Notes: generated by a model from the letters alone, not told the origin. A stretch of 64,000 bases of DNA from an uncultured Acidobacteriota bacterium (GCA_963836075.1 CAWIIB010000009.1:1248001-1312000), one strand, 5' to 3'; numbered from the stretch's first letter, positions 9,526 to 19,762 are shown. Translations and numbers: made by a program.

Positions 9526-10692
9526 ATGAAGAAATTCAACGGTGTCGACTACATGGGGATCGACGGTCTCCTTGACGAGGATGAACTGGCCATCCGCCAG
9601 ATGGTTCGCGATTTTGTCGACGAACAGGTCATCCCCATCATCGGTGAGCATTACGAGGCAGGCACCTTTCCCCGCCAGTTGGTTCCGCAGATGGCCGAGC
9701 TGGGGATCCTCGGTGCCACTCTGGAAGGCTACGAGTGCGCCGGGGTGAACAGCGTGGCCTACGGCCTGATCAACCAGGAGCTGGAGCGGGGCGACTGCGG
9801 CGTGCGCAGCTTTGTCTCGGTGCAGAGCTCGCTGGTGATGTGGCCCATCTATACCTACGGCAGCGACGAGCAGAAGGAGAAGTGGCTGCCCCGCCTGGCC
9901 CGCGGCGAGGCCATCGGCTGCTTCGGGCTCACCGAGCCCGACCATGGCAGCGACCCGGGCGGCATGATCACCCGGGCCGAGCGGGTGGACGGCGGCTTCC
10001 GGCTCAACGGGGCCAAAATGTGGATCACCAATGGCTCCATCTCCGACGTGGCCGTGGTCTGGGCCAGGATGGACGACTCGGTCTGGGCCTTCCTGGTGGA
10101 GAAGGGCACTCCGGGGTTCGAGGCGCCGAAGATGCTGAACAAGCTCTCCATGCGCGCCTCGGTGACCAGTGAGCTGACCTTCAATGACTGCGTGATCCCC
10201 GAGGAGAACTTGCTCCCCGGTTCCCAGGGCCTCTCCAGGGCCCTGCGCTGCCTCAACCAGGCCCGTTACGGCATCTGTTGGGGGGTCATCGGCTCGGCCA
10301 TGGCCTGCTATGACGAGGCGCTCGGTTACGCCGGCGAGCGGGTCCAGTTCAAGAAGCCGATCGCCAGCTACCAGCTGGTGCAGAGCAAGCTGGCGGCCAT
10401 GGTGAACGAGATCACCAAGGCCCAGCTGCTGAACCTGCACATGGGCCGGATGAAGGACAAGGGCCAGTTGAAGCACCACCATGTCTCGCTGGCCAAGTAC
10501 AACAACGTGAGCCAGGCGCTGGAGATCGCCCGCACCGCCCGGACCATCCTCGGGGCCAACGGGATCAGCCTCGAGTACCAGAGCATGCGCCACGCCTGCA
10601 ACCTGGAGTCGGTGCTGACCTACGAGGGGACCCACGATGTCCACTCGCTGGTGGTGGGGGCGCAGGTAACCGGTATCGAGGCGTTTCGTTAG
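9526..10692 (+). CDS. Acyl-CoA dehydrogenase, glutaryl-CoA dehydrogenase-like
   Basis: GCFGLTEPDHGSDP, LNGAKMWITNG, ARYGICWG, TYEGTHDVH. Confidence 0.9.
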   Translation: MKKFNGVDYMGIDGLLDEDELAIRQMVRDFVDEQVIPIIGEHYEAGTFPRQLVPQMAELGILGATLEGYECAGVNSVAYGLINQELERGDCGVRSFVSVQSSLVMWPIYTYGSDEQKEKWLPRLARGEAIGCFGLTEPDHGSDPGGMITRAERVDGGFRLNGAKMWITNGSISDVAVVWARMDDSVWAFLVEKGTPGFEAPKMLNKLSMRASVTSELTFNDCVIPEENLLPGSQGLSRALRCLNQARYGICWGVIGSAMACYDEALGYAGERVQFKKPIASYQLVQSKLAAMVNEITKAQLLNLHMGRMKDKGQLKHHHVSLAKYNNVSQALEIARTARTILGANGISLEYQSMRHACNLESVLTYEGTHDVHSLVVGAQVTGIEAFR

Positions 10693-10714
10693 AGCACCTT
10701 TTGAAGGTATCGCC

Positions 10715-11197
10715 ATGAGCAGCCAGGAAGACGACCGCCGGTTCATGCAGCTGGCCATCGACAAGGCCCGGGAGGGGATCGAACAGGGGCAGTCCCCCTT
10801 TGGCGCCTGTATCGCCCGGGAGGGCCAGATGATCGCGGTGGCCCACAACACGGTCTGGCGGGACGGGGACAGCACGGCCCATGCCGAAGTGAACGCCATT
10901 CGTGAGGCCTGCCGCTCCCTGGACACAATAGACCTCGAGGGCTGTACGATCTACACCACCTGCGAACCGTGCCCGATGTGTTTCAGCGCCTCCCACTGGG
11001 CCGGGGTCAGCCGTATCGTTTTCGGTGCCGGAATCACCGACGCGGCCGGCGCCGGCTTCAGCGAGTTGCGGATCAGCGCCCAGCAGATGAAGACCCAGGG
11101 GAGGAGCACGGTGGTGCTGGTCCCCGATTTCATGCTCCAAGATAACCAGCTCCTGTTCAGCGACTGGATGAGCCGGGAGGACCGCCGTCCCTACTGA
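10715..11197 (+). CDS. Zinc-dependent nucleoside/guanine deaminase (TadA/GuaD-type fold)
   Basis: SPFGACI, HAEVNAIR, CEPCPMC. Confidence 0.85.
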   Translation: MSSQEDDRRFMQLAIDKAREGIEQGQSPFGACIAREGQMIAVAHNTVWRDGDSTAHAEVNAIREACRSLDTIDLEGCTIYTTCEPCPMCFSASHWAGVSRIVFGAGITDAAGAGFSELRISAQQMKTQGRSTVVLVPDFMLQDNQLLFSDWMSREDRRPY

Positions 11198-11236
11198 CCG
11201 GCGAAGCCGGCCGCTCAACAACCTTCGAGAAACACC

Positions 11237-12610
11237 ATGCCAGGGAAAAAACTCTTACGGGGAATGGCCGCGTGCCTCTTCCTGCTGCTGCTTTCAATCG
11301 CGCCTGCCTGCGCTCCGGACCGGACGGAACCCGCGACGCCGCCGAACATCCTGCTGATCTCCCTCGACACGCTGCGGGCGGACCACCTGGGCTGCTACGG
11401 GTATGCCCGTGACACCTCGCCCTTCCTCGATTCGCTGACCCGCCGGGGGACCTGGTTCCCCTGGTTCTTCATCAACACCCTGGGGACCACCCCGTCGCAC
11501 ACCACCATGCTCTCCTCGCTCTACCAGGAGACGCACAAGGTGGAGTACCACCACCTCGACGGCGAGTCCGCCTTCGACGTTATCCCCCAACAGATCGCCC
11601 TGCTGCCGCAGATCCTGAAAAGCGAGGGCTACTCCACCCTCGGCGTCTGCGGCGGCGGCCGCATGTCGCCAAAGTTCGGTTTCAACCGCGGGTTTGACGA
11701 ATACAAGCCGGTGGCCGAACTGGATCGGCAGATCGACAATATGGTGGGGCTGGTGCGACGGTACCGGGACGCCGGCACGCCGATGTTCGCGTTTTTCCAC
11801 ACCTACGAGGTCCATGCGCCCTATCTTCCGCCGCCGCACTACCGGGTTCATTTCGGTGAGTCCACGGGCCGCTACGAGGGCACCATCGAGAACCTGCAGC
11901 AGTTCAAGAACTCCGCTAACCGGAATCTGACCAAGCAGGATCTGGCCCACCTGGTCACCATGTATGACGCGGGCATCCGTTACACCGACGAGAGGCTGAA
12001 GTGGATGTTCGCCCGGCTGCGCCGGCTGGGGTTTATGGACAACTGCCTGGTGGTGATCACCTCCGACCACGGGGAAGAGTTCGCCGAGCATGGCGGTCTG
12101 CTCCACCGGGCGTTGAACTACGAGGAATTCATCCACGTGCCGCTGATCATTCTGGGGCCCGGAGTCCCGCAGGGGGTGATGGACCACCGGTTGGCCGAGG
12201 CGGTGGACATCACCCGGACCATCCTCACCTATGCGGGTTTCGAACCGCTGCAGGGGATGGAAGGTTTCGATCTGCTGGCCCCGGCACCGGCGGAGCGGGA
12301 CGGTCCCGAGGCCACCATCTTTGCCCAGGCCGGCAATGTCTGGTACACCATTCGCACCCGGGACTGGAAACTGATCCACAACAACAAGGTGGACCGGGTG
12401 AAATTGTTCCACCTGGGGAGCGATCCGGCCGAGCGCCGCAACCTGGCTAACCGCCGGCAGGCCCGGCGCGACGCCATGATGCGGCGTCTGGAGCGCTGGA
12501 AGTCGGAACGGATGGTTCTGCCCGACGAACGGCAGCAGGCCGAGATGACCCGTGAGGAACTGGATATGCTCAAGGAACTCGGGTACGTGTATGACGATAC
12601 CGGGGACTGA
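11237..12610 (+). CDS. Sulfatase-like (alkaline phosphatase superfamily) protein, probable lipoprotein
   Basis: NILLISLDTLRADH, TTPSH, HAPY, SDHGEEF and a C-terminal LKELGYV. Signal peptide with Cys. Confidence 0.85.
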   Translation: MPGKKLLRGMAACLFLLLLSIAPACAPDRTEPATPPNILLISLDTLRADHLGCYGYARDTSPFLDSLTRRGTWFPWFFINTLGTTPSHTTMLSSLYQETHKVEYHHLDGESAFDVIPQQIALLPQILKSEGYSTLGVCGGGRMSPKFGFNRGFDEYKPVAELDRQIDNMVGLVRRYRDAGTPMFAFFHTYEVHAPYLPPPHYRVHFGESTGRYEGTIENLQQFKNSANRNLTKQDLAHLVTMYDAGIRYTDERLKWMFARLRRLGFMDNCLVVITSDHGEEFAEHGGLLHRALNYEEFIHVPLIILGPGVPQGVMDHRLAEAVDITRTILTYAGFEPLQGMEGFDLLAPAPAERDGPEATIFAQAGNVWYTIRTRDWKLIHNNKVDRVKLFHLGSDPAERRNLANRRQARRDAMMRRLERWKSERMVLPDERQQAEMTREELDMLKELGYVYDDTGD

Positions 12611-14534
12611 GAGATTCAGCAGGCTGGAATGGCTCGGCCTCGCCGCGCTCCTCGTCGCGGCCACGGCGTCGCTGGTCTGGGGCTGGCGACTGTTCTGGTT
12701 CCTCACCGACGATGCCTTCATCTCCTTTCGCTATGTCAGCAACAGCCTCGCCGGCCACGGATACGTCTGGAACCCGCCGCCCTTCCGCCCCGTGGAAGGC
12801 TATACCAGCTTCCTCTGGGTGGCGCTGCTGGACGGGGCCTGGCGGCTGTTCGGGGCGCCGCCGCCGGTGTCGGCGAACCTGATCTCCCTGGCCTTTTCCT
12901 GGGCCACGCTACTCCTCGGTGTCACCATGGTGCTGCGGCTGGCGTCCGGCGGCCGGCTGGCCCGGCACCGACTGCTGCTGGCCGTGCTCTTTGTTTTTGG
13001 TACGCTCACCAATCGCACCTTCCTCGCCTGGACCAGCTCCGGCCTGGAGACGGCCATGTTCAACTTCTTTCTCCTGCTCTGGGTCTTCTGCGGCCTCATG
13101 CTGCCACGGGGGGGGACTGGTCGGCCGGCGGGACTTGCCGTCTCGGCGACGCTGATCTATCTCACCCGTCCGGACGGGCTGCTCTTTGCCGCGGCCACCG
13201 TCGCCCTGCTGTTGCTTGACGCCCTTGACGGTCGGGGGCCCGCCGTTCGCCGGGCAGCCGGCCGGCTGGCGGCGGCGCTGCCCCTCCTGGGGATTCCGGC
13301 GCACCTTCTCTGGCGGCACCGGGTCTATGGTGAATGGCTGCCCAACACCTATTTTGCCAAGCACACCGCCGGGCGGATCTGGCCGGAGAGCGGAGTGCGC
13401 TATCTGGCTTCGTTTCTGGTGGAGTATTCCTTCTGGACCGTGGCCCTGGTGTTTCTGGTGCTGCTGGCAGTGCTGGTCCGGAAACAGGGGATCGCCAACT
13501 GCCTGAGCCGGCCCGTCGTTTTCGCCGCACCGGCGGAAAACAGCACCGGGGTCGGGATGGCCCGCTTCGCTCATCCGGCGGCCTGGGCCGTCTTCGCGGT
13601 TCCGGCCGTGACCGGCCTGCTGCTCCTGCTTTCCGGCCGGGTGCACCAGGGGCTGTTCTGCCTCCTGGTCGGCCTCTTTGCCCTGGCCGTCCTGGGGGTC
13701 CTGAGGATCTCGCCCGCCGCCGCCGTGGTCTCTTCGACCCTTCTGGCCCACGCCTGGTACTACACGGTGGTCATCGGTGGGGACCACTTCGAGTTCAGGG
13801 TGTACAGCCACCTGGTGCCGCTGCTGCTGCTGGCCCTGTTCTGGATGCTCCTGGAACTGGGGATGCGCGCCCGGCTCCTCGTCCCGCTGGTCCTGCTGGC
13901 CCTGGCGCTCTCCTGGCCCGTGCAGTGGACCCACTATGCCCTTTCGCGCAACCGGGTGCAGTGGAGCCAGTTCAAGTTCATGAAGGTCTCGGTGCTGCAG
14001 GGTCTTGAAGAGCGGTACGGGCGGCTGCCCCAACCGCTTCGCGGCTATCTTCACCGATACGACCGGATGCAGTTCTGGCTCATCGACCACGCCGTCTGCA
14101 TGCGGCACCAGGAGCACAAGGGCGTGTGCCTGCACCGGATACGGACTCTGCCGACCCGGGAGGAGGGCCTGCGGATCAGTCCCGACGGCTTCCCGGTGAT
14201 CACCGAGGGTTCGGTGGGTGTGACCTCCTGGGTGCTGCCCCGGGTCAACGTGATCGACGTGCGGGGGCTCAACGACTATATTATTGCACGGCACCGGAGT
14301 GCACGGCACCGGAGTTCCAGGCAGCAGAGCGGGGACGAGGTGCGGCTGATGGCCCACGAGCGGACGCCGCCGCCGGGCTATCTGGACTGTTTCCGGCCCA
14401 ACGTCACCATCGTCGGCGGAGTGGCCGTGGTCCGGGTGCGGGACCGGGAACTGACCGGCAGGGAGATCATCGACTGTGAGGAGCATTTTGCGAATCTGGT
14501 GGGAGAGGACCGGTCCGGAGTCGGGGATGAGTAG
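12591..14534 (+). CDS. Polytopic membrane glycosyltransferase-like protein (GT-C fold candidate)
   Basis: DDAFISFRY after the first TM helix, plus VEGYTS, SGLET, TRPDG, PNTYFAK, GGDH and IDVRGLND. Many TM segments. Confidence 0.65.
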   Translation: MTIPGTERFSRLEWLGLAALLVAATASLVWGWRLFWFLTDDAFISFRYVSNSLAGHGYVWNPPPFRPVEGYTSFLWVALLDGAWRLFGAPPPVSANLISLAFSWATLLLGVTMVLRLASGGRLARHRLLLAVLFVFGTLTNRTFLAWTSSGLETAMFNFFLLLWVFCGLMLPRGGTGRPAGLAVSATLIYLTRPDGLLFAAATVALLLLDALDGRGPAVRRAAGRLAAALPLLGIPAHLLWRHRVYGEWLPNTYFAKHTAGRIWPESGVRYLASFLVEYSFWTVALVFLVLLAVLVRKQGIANCLSRPVVFAAPAENSTGVGMARFAHPAAWAVFAVPAVTGLLLLLSGRVHQGLFCLLVGLFALAVLGVLRISPAAAVVSSTLLAHAWYYTVVIGGDHFEFRVYSHLVPLLLLALFWMLLELGMRARLLVPLVLLALALSWPVQWTHYALSRNRVQWSQFKFMKVSVLQGLEERYGRLPQPLRGYLHRYDRMQFWLIDHAVCMRHQEHKGVCLHRIRTLPTREEGLRISPDGFPVITEGSVGVTSWVLPRVNVIDVRGLNDYIIARHRSARHRSSRQQSGDEVRLMAHERTPPPGYLDCFRPNVTIVGGVAVVRVRDRELTGREIIDCEEHFANLVGEDRSGVGDE

Positions 14535-15840
14535 GCGGGCGATCATAGTGCTGTCCGCCATTTTCATGGTGTTATCCGGCTGCGGCGGTGGTGAGCCCGC
14601 GGCGGATACGGATGTGCCGCCGGAACCGGTGGCCGCCGAGACCACACCCGCGGCGGCCGGGCCGGAGCAGCCGTCCACCGGGAGGTGGCACCGGGCCGGC
14701 GCCCGTCCGGGCGGGATGTCGGCGGAAGACGAGGCGGTGGTCCAGCAACTGGAGGCCATCGGCTACGTCTCGGGATCCCAGCCCGCCCCGTCGCAGATGG
14801 ACGTGACGGTCCATGATCGGGACGCGGCGTACAACGGCCTGAACCTCTATGTCTCGGGTCACGGGCCCGAAGCCGTGCTGATGGACATGGAGGGCCGCGA
14901 ACTCCACCGCTGGCGCTACCCGTTTCACGACGTCTGGCCCGACTGGAAGTTCAACGAGGAGAATGTGAACTGGCAGTTCTGGCGCCGCGTGCACCTTTTC
15001 GAAAACGGCGACCTGCTGGCCATCTTCGAGGGGTTCGGCCTGATCAAGCTGGACAAGGACTCCAACCTGCTCTGGGCCTTCGACGGCAAGGCCCACCACG
15101 ACCTGCAGGTGGCCGGCGACGGCCGGATCTACACCCTGACCCGGGAGGCCGTGGTCGATCCCAAATACCACGAGGGTGAGTGGATCCTCGACAATTTCAT
15201 CAGCGTCCTCAGCCCTGACGGAGTCGAACTCGAGCGGGTGTCGCTTCTGCGGTGCCTGGAGAACTCCGACTACGCGCCGGTGCTCAGCCGGATGCCGGAG
15301 TGGGGCGATATCTTCCACAGCAACACGGTGGAACTGCTGGACGGCCGGCTGGAGCACCGGTCGCCCGCCTTCCGCGCGGGCAACGTGCTGGTTTCCATCC
15401 TGCATCTCGACCTGGTGGGGGTGGTGGACATGGAGGCCGGCCGCATGGCCTGGGCCCTCACCGGCCTGTGGCGGCAGCAGCACCAGCCCACCATGCTGGA
15501 CAGCGGGAACATGCTGGTTTTCGACAACCTGGGCAATGGCGGCAAGACCCGGATCCTCGAGCTGGATCCCCTGACCCAGCAGATCCACTGGATCTATACC
15601 GGCACGCCCGAGAATACCCTCTGCTCGAAGGATTGCGGGTCGAGCGCCGTGCTGCCCAATGGAAACGTGCTGATCACCGAATCCAACACCGGCCGGGCGC
15701 TGGAGGTGACCAGGGACAAGCGGGTGGTCTGGGAGTTCTTCAACCCCCACCGCGCCGGGGCGGATGACGAGCTGATCGCCACCCTTTTCGAGGTGGTTCG
15801 CCTGGAGCCGGACTTCCCGCTCCACTGGCTGGCCCCCTGA
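14527..15840 (+). CDS. Arylsulfotransferase-family beta-propeller lipoprotein
   Basis: Lipobox VLSGC, AHHD, DIFHSN, QQHQP, LVFDN, LPNGNVLITES. Confidence 0.75.
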   Translation: MSRRAIIVLSAIFMVLSGCGGGEPAADTDVPPEPVAAETTPAAAGPEQPSTGRWHRAGARPGGMSAEDEAVVQQLEAIGYVSGSQPAPSQMDVTVHDRDAAYNGLNLYVSGHGPEAVLMDMEGRELHRWRYPFHDVWPDWKFNEENVNWQFWRRVHLFENGDLLAIFEGFGLIKLDKDSNLLWAFDGKAHHDLQVAGDGRIYTLTREAVVDPKYHEGEWILDNFISVLSPDGVELERVSLLRCLENSDYAPVLSRMPEWGDIFHSNTVELLDGRLEHRSPAFRAGNVLVSILHLDLVGVVDMEAGRMAWALTGLWRQQHQPTMLDSGNMLVFDNLGNGGKTRILELDPLTQQIHWIYTGTPENTLCSKDCGSSAVLPNGNVLITESNTGRALEVTRDKRVVWEFFNPHRAGADDELIATLFEVVRLEPDFPLHWLAP

Positions 15841-15849
15841 TATTTTTCA

Positions 15850-15906
15850 TTGACCACGCCGGGTGAAGCTGTTAGGTTTATTATCAGGAAATGTTGTGAC
15901 CTGATA
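15850..15906 (+). promoter_or_regulatory. Putative sigma70 promoter and downstream inverted repeat for the two-component operon
   Basis: TTGACC (15850-55), 17 bp, TAGGTT (15873-78). TATCAGG...CCTGATA inverted pair at 15882-15906. Confidence 0.5.
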
Positions 15907-15988
15907 TGACCGTGAGCGTGACGCCCGGGACCAGGGGGCCCTGCTCCCGATTCGCCGTTAACGCCTCGCAGTACCGGACCGGGCGGCC

Positions 15989-17743
15989 ATGCGCTTCAAC
16001 ATCCAGTTCAAAATGCTCGTGGGCTACCTCCTGGTGGTGTTGCTCGTCTCGGTGGGCAGCTGGTGGAGCGTCGAAATCCTTGAACAGACCTGGGCTGATC
16101 AGGAAGAAATAGCTGATTTCCGCGAGGCGGAGGAGAGACTTGAGGATTACTCTTCCGCATTACATCTGACCAGCTTGATTCAACTCGACAAGCTGCGCAT
16201 GAAATCGCTGGCCCTGGACCCGCGCCCAGCCGTTTTCTCCACGGCCACGCCCGATCCGGAGGCCACTGGAGTGCTGCAGGGCCTGGAAGTTGCGAACGGT
16301 GACGGCTCAGACGATGAAACATATTACGCTGAGACGTTCGACAAGACCGCGAATGACGTCGATGAGCAACTGCATCAACTGCTTGACTTATTGCTGCGGC
16401 TTGATGATTCGGCGGTGATGCAGAGGGTTCAGGCCAGAGACGGGAAAAGACCTCCGTCGGAAGTTTTACGATACATCCTGGCCGATTTTATCGAGTACCG
16501 GCGGCTGTTCCACCTGGAACTGCAATCTCCTCGGAGTGAGGAGGAATTGGAATTCAGTGAGGACGACTGGCATCCCCTGGTGATCTCGATTCGCGACAGA
16601 ATCTCCGAAGATGTGATGGTTCCTGTTACCGAAGCCCGAAAAGAACTCAAGAATATTGCGTTGCAGCACAAGAGGAAAGGGAAACGTCTGGCAACGGTGC
16701 TTCCACTGCTGCCCGGTCTGATCGCCTTGCTCCTCTCCATTCTGATCACCAGGCGAGTTGCCAATCCGATCCGCGAGCTGCGCCGGGCCACCGAGCGTAT
16801 TGCAGGTGGAGATTTCTCCAAACCGATTCAGGTGCGATCCCGCGATGAGGTCGGCGACCTGGCCCGGGCGATGAACCGGATGAGCCAGCGTCTGGCCGAA
16901 CTGGACGAGATGAAGTCCGGCTTCCTGTTCAACGTCTCCCACGAGTTGAAGACTCCGTTGACCTCGATCAAGGAAGCGGCGGCGCTGCTGCAGGAGGAAG
17001 TGCCGGGGCCGGTCAACGACAAACAGCAACGCCTGCTGGCGATCATCAGTGCCGAAACACGGATCTTGATCGGGATGATCGTCGATCTGTTGGACCTGGC
17101 GCGCATGGAAGCCGGCCGCATGGGCTACAAGTTCGAGCGCACCTCGCCCGGAGCCATCGTCCGGCGGGCGGTGGACGAGTTGCAGTTCATGGCCCAGCGC
17201 CGGGGCGTGATCCTGACCGTCGAGGAGGCGCCGCAGGTGGGCAATTTTATCCTCGACGGGGACAAGTTGATCAACGCAGTGAAAAACCTGGTGGGCAACG
17301 CGATCAAGTTCTCGCCCCGTGGCGGGGACGTGGTGATCCGCACCAGGCTGGGCCCGCCGTCGGCGGAGCCTGTGGGAGAGGGCGAGGCGTTCTGGTCCAC
17401 CAGCGGGACCGACCGGCCGGACCGGGTCCGGGCGCCGTCGGTGCTGATCTCGGTGAGCGACCAGGGGCCGGGAATCCCGGAGCGGGATCTGCCCCTGATT
17501 TTCGAGAAGTTCTACCAGTCGGAGCGCCGGAGCGACTCCAAGGTCAAGGGCACCGGTCTGGGGCTGGCCATCGTGAGGCACGTTGTGGAGGCCCATGGTG
17601 GTTCGGTGGCGGTGCGCAGTGCCCCGGCAAGCGGAAGCACCTTTACCATCTCCCTGCCTCTGCCGGCAGGATCAGGACTGCGGGAGCCGGCTGATCGCCG
17701 TCCCTCCGTGGCCCCTCTCGAGGTGAAACCTGATGCGGTATGA
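15989..17743 (+). CDS. Membrane HAMP sensor histidine kinase
   Basis: Two TM helices, HAMP, H-box SHELKTPL, NLVGNAIKF, DQGPGI, GTGLGLAI. Confidence 0.95.
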   Translation: MRFNIQFKMLVGYLLVVLLVSVGSWWSVEILEQTWADQEEIADFREAEERLEDYSSALHLTSLIQLDKLRMKSLALDPRPAVFSTATPDPEATGVLQGLEVANGDGSDDETYYAETFDKTANDVDEQLHQLLDLLLRLDDSAVMQRVQARDGKRPPSEVLRYILADFIEYRRLFHLELQSPRSEEELEFSEDDWHPLVISIRDRISEDVMVPVTEARKELKNIALQHKRKGKRLATVLPLLPGLIALLLSILITRRVANPIRELRRATERIAGGDFSKPIQVRSRDEVGDLARAMNRMSQRLAELDEMKSGFLFNVSHELKTPLTSIKEAAALLQEEVPGPVNDKQQRLLAIISAETRILIGMIVDLLDLARMEAGRMGYKFERTSPGAIVRRAVDELQFMAQRRGVILTVEEAPQVGNFILDGDKLINAVKNLVGNAIKFSPRGGDVVIRTRLGPPSAEPVGEGEAFWSTSGTDRPDRVRAPSVLISVSDQGPGIPERDLPLIFEKFYQSERRSDSKVKGTGLGLAIVRHVVEAHGGSVAVRSAPASGSTFTISLPLPAGSGLREPADRRPSVAPLEVKPDAV

Positions 17744-18389
17744 AGCAATTCGAAAAGGGGGATCCCTTGTGATGTTGCTGGCCGCCCTCGCCGGACTCAC
17801 TGGCTGCAACCTGATGCGTGGCAAACCTGAGCCGCCGCAGCCTTCAGCTTCGGAGCAGCTGACAATCCAGGCCGACGAGGCCTGGCGGGCCCGTGACTTC
17901 GAGGAGGCCCGCCGGCTCTACGGGATGATCGCCGAGAGCTTTCCCGGCGACCCGGCCCGCGAAGGGGCGTTACTGCGGCTGGCGGCGATGGATGTGGTCC
18001 TGCCCGGTGACGGTCCGGATGTGAAAAAAACTCTCGAACTGCTGGCTCTCATGGATCAGAATGTAATGACAGCCGGCCAGGCCGTCTTGCGGGAGGCGCT
18101 GCTCAAGCTGCTCGACCTTTACAGCAGAAACCGCGAGGCGATCCGGATGCTGTCGGACTTGAGCCGTCGCCAGGAAGCCCAGCTGGACAGCCGGGAGCTC
18201 GAGGCGATCCGCCAGAAAGCGAGCCTCTACCAGTGGCGCCTCGACGTGGACCAGGCCAACCAGCGAGTGGAGCAGATGGAACTGGAACTGGACAAAATAC
18301 GGCAGGAGATCAAGCTGCTCAAGGACATCGACATGATGCTGCAGACGGAGACCGGGGAAGAACCGCCGCCTCCGCCTGATGAACAATGA
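17733..18389 (+). CDS. Lipoprotein with TPR-like and coiled-coil regions
   Basis: Lipobox LTGC and a helical C-terminus. Lies between the kinase and the regulator. Confidence 0.7.
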   Translation: MRYEAIRKGGSLVMLLAALAGLTGCNLMRGKPEPPQPSASEQLTIQADEAWRARDFEEARRLYGMIAESFPGDPAREGALLRLAAMDVVLPGDGPDVKKTLELLALMDQNVMTAGQAVLREALLKLLDLYSRNREAIRMLSDLSRRQEAQLDSRELEAIRQKASLYQWRLDVDQANQRVEQMELELDKIRQEIKLLKDIDMMLQTETGEEPPPPPDEQ

Positions 18390-18412
18390 TACTTTTTGTG
18401 GCATAAGGCAGT

Positions 18413-19762
18413 GTGATGCCCAATAAAAAAATACTGGTAATCGACGATGACCGGAGCATTCTCGAAGTGCTCTCCATGCGTCTCGAATCCCACGGATATT
18501 CGGTGACCGCCCACGCCCTGGCCCGGGATGCGCTCTACGACTTCAAGCGGGCGATGTACCGGGCCGCGGTGGTGGACCTGAAGCTCGACCGGGAAAACGG
18601 GATCGAGGTGATGGAGCAGCTGCACGAGCACGACCCCGCACTGCCGGTGGTCATCATGACCGCTTACGGCACCATCGAGTCGACGGTGGAAGCCATGCGG
18701 CGCGGCGCCAGCGGGTACGTGACCAAGCCCTTCGAGATGGATGCGGTGCTCGAAGAGGTGGACCGTGCGGTGATGAGCCGGCGGGCCAAGCCGCCCGCCA
18801 CGTCCTATCTCGACGAGATCATCGGTGCTTCCCCGCCGCTGGAGCGGGTCAAGCAGCAGATCCTCCAGGTCTCATCCAGCGATTCCACGGTGCTGGTCCT
18901 CGGCGAGAGCGGCACCGGCAAGGAGTTGGTGGCCCGGGCGATCCACTCCTGCGGGCGGCGGGCCAACGGCCCGTTCATCGCGGTCAACTGCGGGGCAATC
19001 CCCGAGCCGCTGCAGGAGAGCGAGCTCTTCGGCCACGTCAAGGGAGCCTTCACCGGAGCGATTCGCGACAAAAGGGGTCTCTTCCGCCGGGCCGAGGGCG
19101 GTACGCTGCTTCTCGACGAGATAGCCGAAACCTCTCCGGCCTTCCAGGTGGGGCTATTGCGTGTATTGCAGGAGAAAGAGGTTCGTCCGGTGGGCGGCAA
19201 CAGCTCCGCCCGGGTCAATGTCCGTGTCCTGGCCGCCACCAATCGCAAACTGGACGAGGAGGTGAACAGGGGCAAGTTCCGCAAGGACCTTTTCTACCGC
19301 CTGCACGTCATCCCGCTGACCATCCCGCCGCTGCGCGAGCGCAAGGAAGACATCCCGCTGCTTGTGGCCCACTTCCTTAAACGCCTGGCCCGCACCTCAC
19401 CCGCCGGGGTCAAGAAGCTCGGCCCGGCCACCATCGAAGCGCTGCAGCATTACTCCTGGCCGGGCAACGTGCGTGAGTTGCAGAACGTTATCGAGCGGGC
19501 GGTTATCACGTCGCCCGCTGACGAGATCAAGGCCACCGACCTCGCCCTCTCCCGCATGGATTTCGACCATGACCCCGATGGGGAGCGGTTGCTCAACCTG
19601 CCCCCCGGCGGCATCTCTCTGGAGGCGATCGAAAAAGAGGCGATCCTTCAGGCGCTCCGCGCCCAGGACTGGGTGCAGAAGAAAGCCGGCGCCCTGCTCG
19701 GCATCAGCCCGCGGGTGATGACCTACAAGGTCAAGAAATACGGGATCACCAGGGAAAAGTAG
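18413..19762 (+). CDS. Sigma54-dependent (NtrC/AtoC-family) response regulator
   Basis: REC domain, GESGTGKE, ESELFGH.KGAFTGA, LDEI, WPGNVREL and a C-terminal Fis-type HTH. Confidence 0.95.
   Translation: MMPNKKILVIDDDRSILEVLSMRLESHGYSVTAHALARDALYDFKRAMYRAAVVDLKLDRENGIEVMEQLHEHDPALPVVIMTAYGTIESTVEAMRRGASGYVTKPFEMDAVLEEVDRAVMSRRAKPPATSYLDEIIGASPPLERVKQQILQVSSSDSTVLVLGESGTGKELVARAIHSCGRRANGPFIAVNCGAIPEPLQESELFGHVKGAFTGAIRDKRGLFRRAEGGTLLLDEIAETSPAFQVGLLRVLQEKEVRPVGGNSSARVNVRVLAATNRKLDEEVNRGKFRKDLFYRLHVIPLTIPPLRERKEDIPLLVAHFLKRLARTSPAGVKKLGPATIEALQHYSWPGNVRELQNVIERAVITSPADEIKATDLALSRMDFDHDPDGERLLNLPPGGISLEAIEKEAILQALRAQDWVQKKAGALLGISPRVMTYKVKKYGITREK

Noticed and set aside
4125-15825. Long antisense ORFs (for example 4125-5357, 6079-7623, 9460-10926, 11294-12721, 12909-14759, 14572-15825)
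   Set aside because: They are shadow frames of well-supported genes in GC-rich DNA and carry no family motifs.
18395-18415. TGGCAT as a sigma54 promoter before the regulator
   Set aside because: There is no GC at the required 10-bp spacing from GG.
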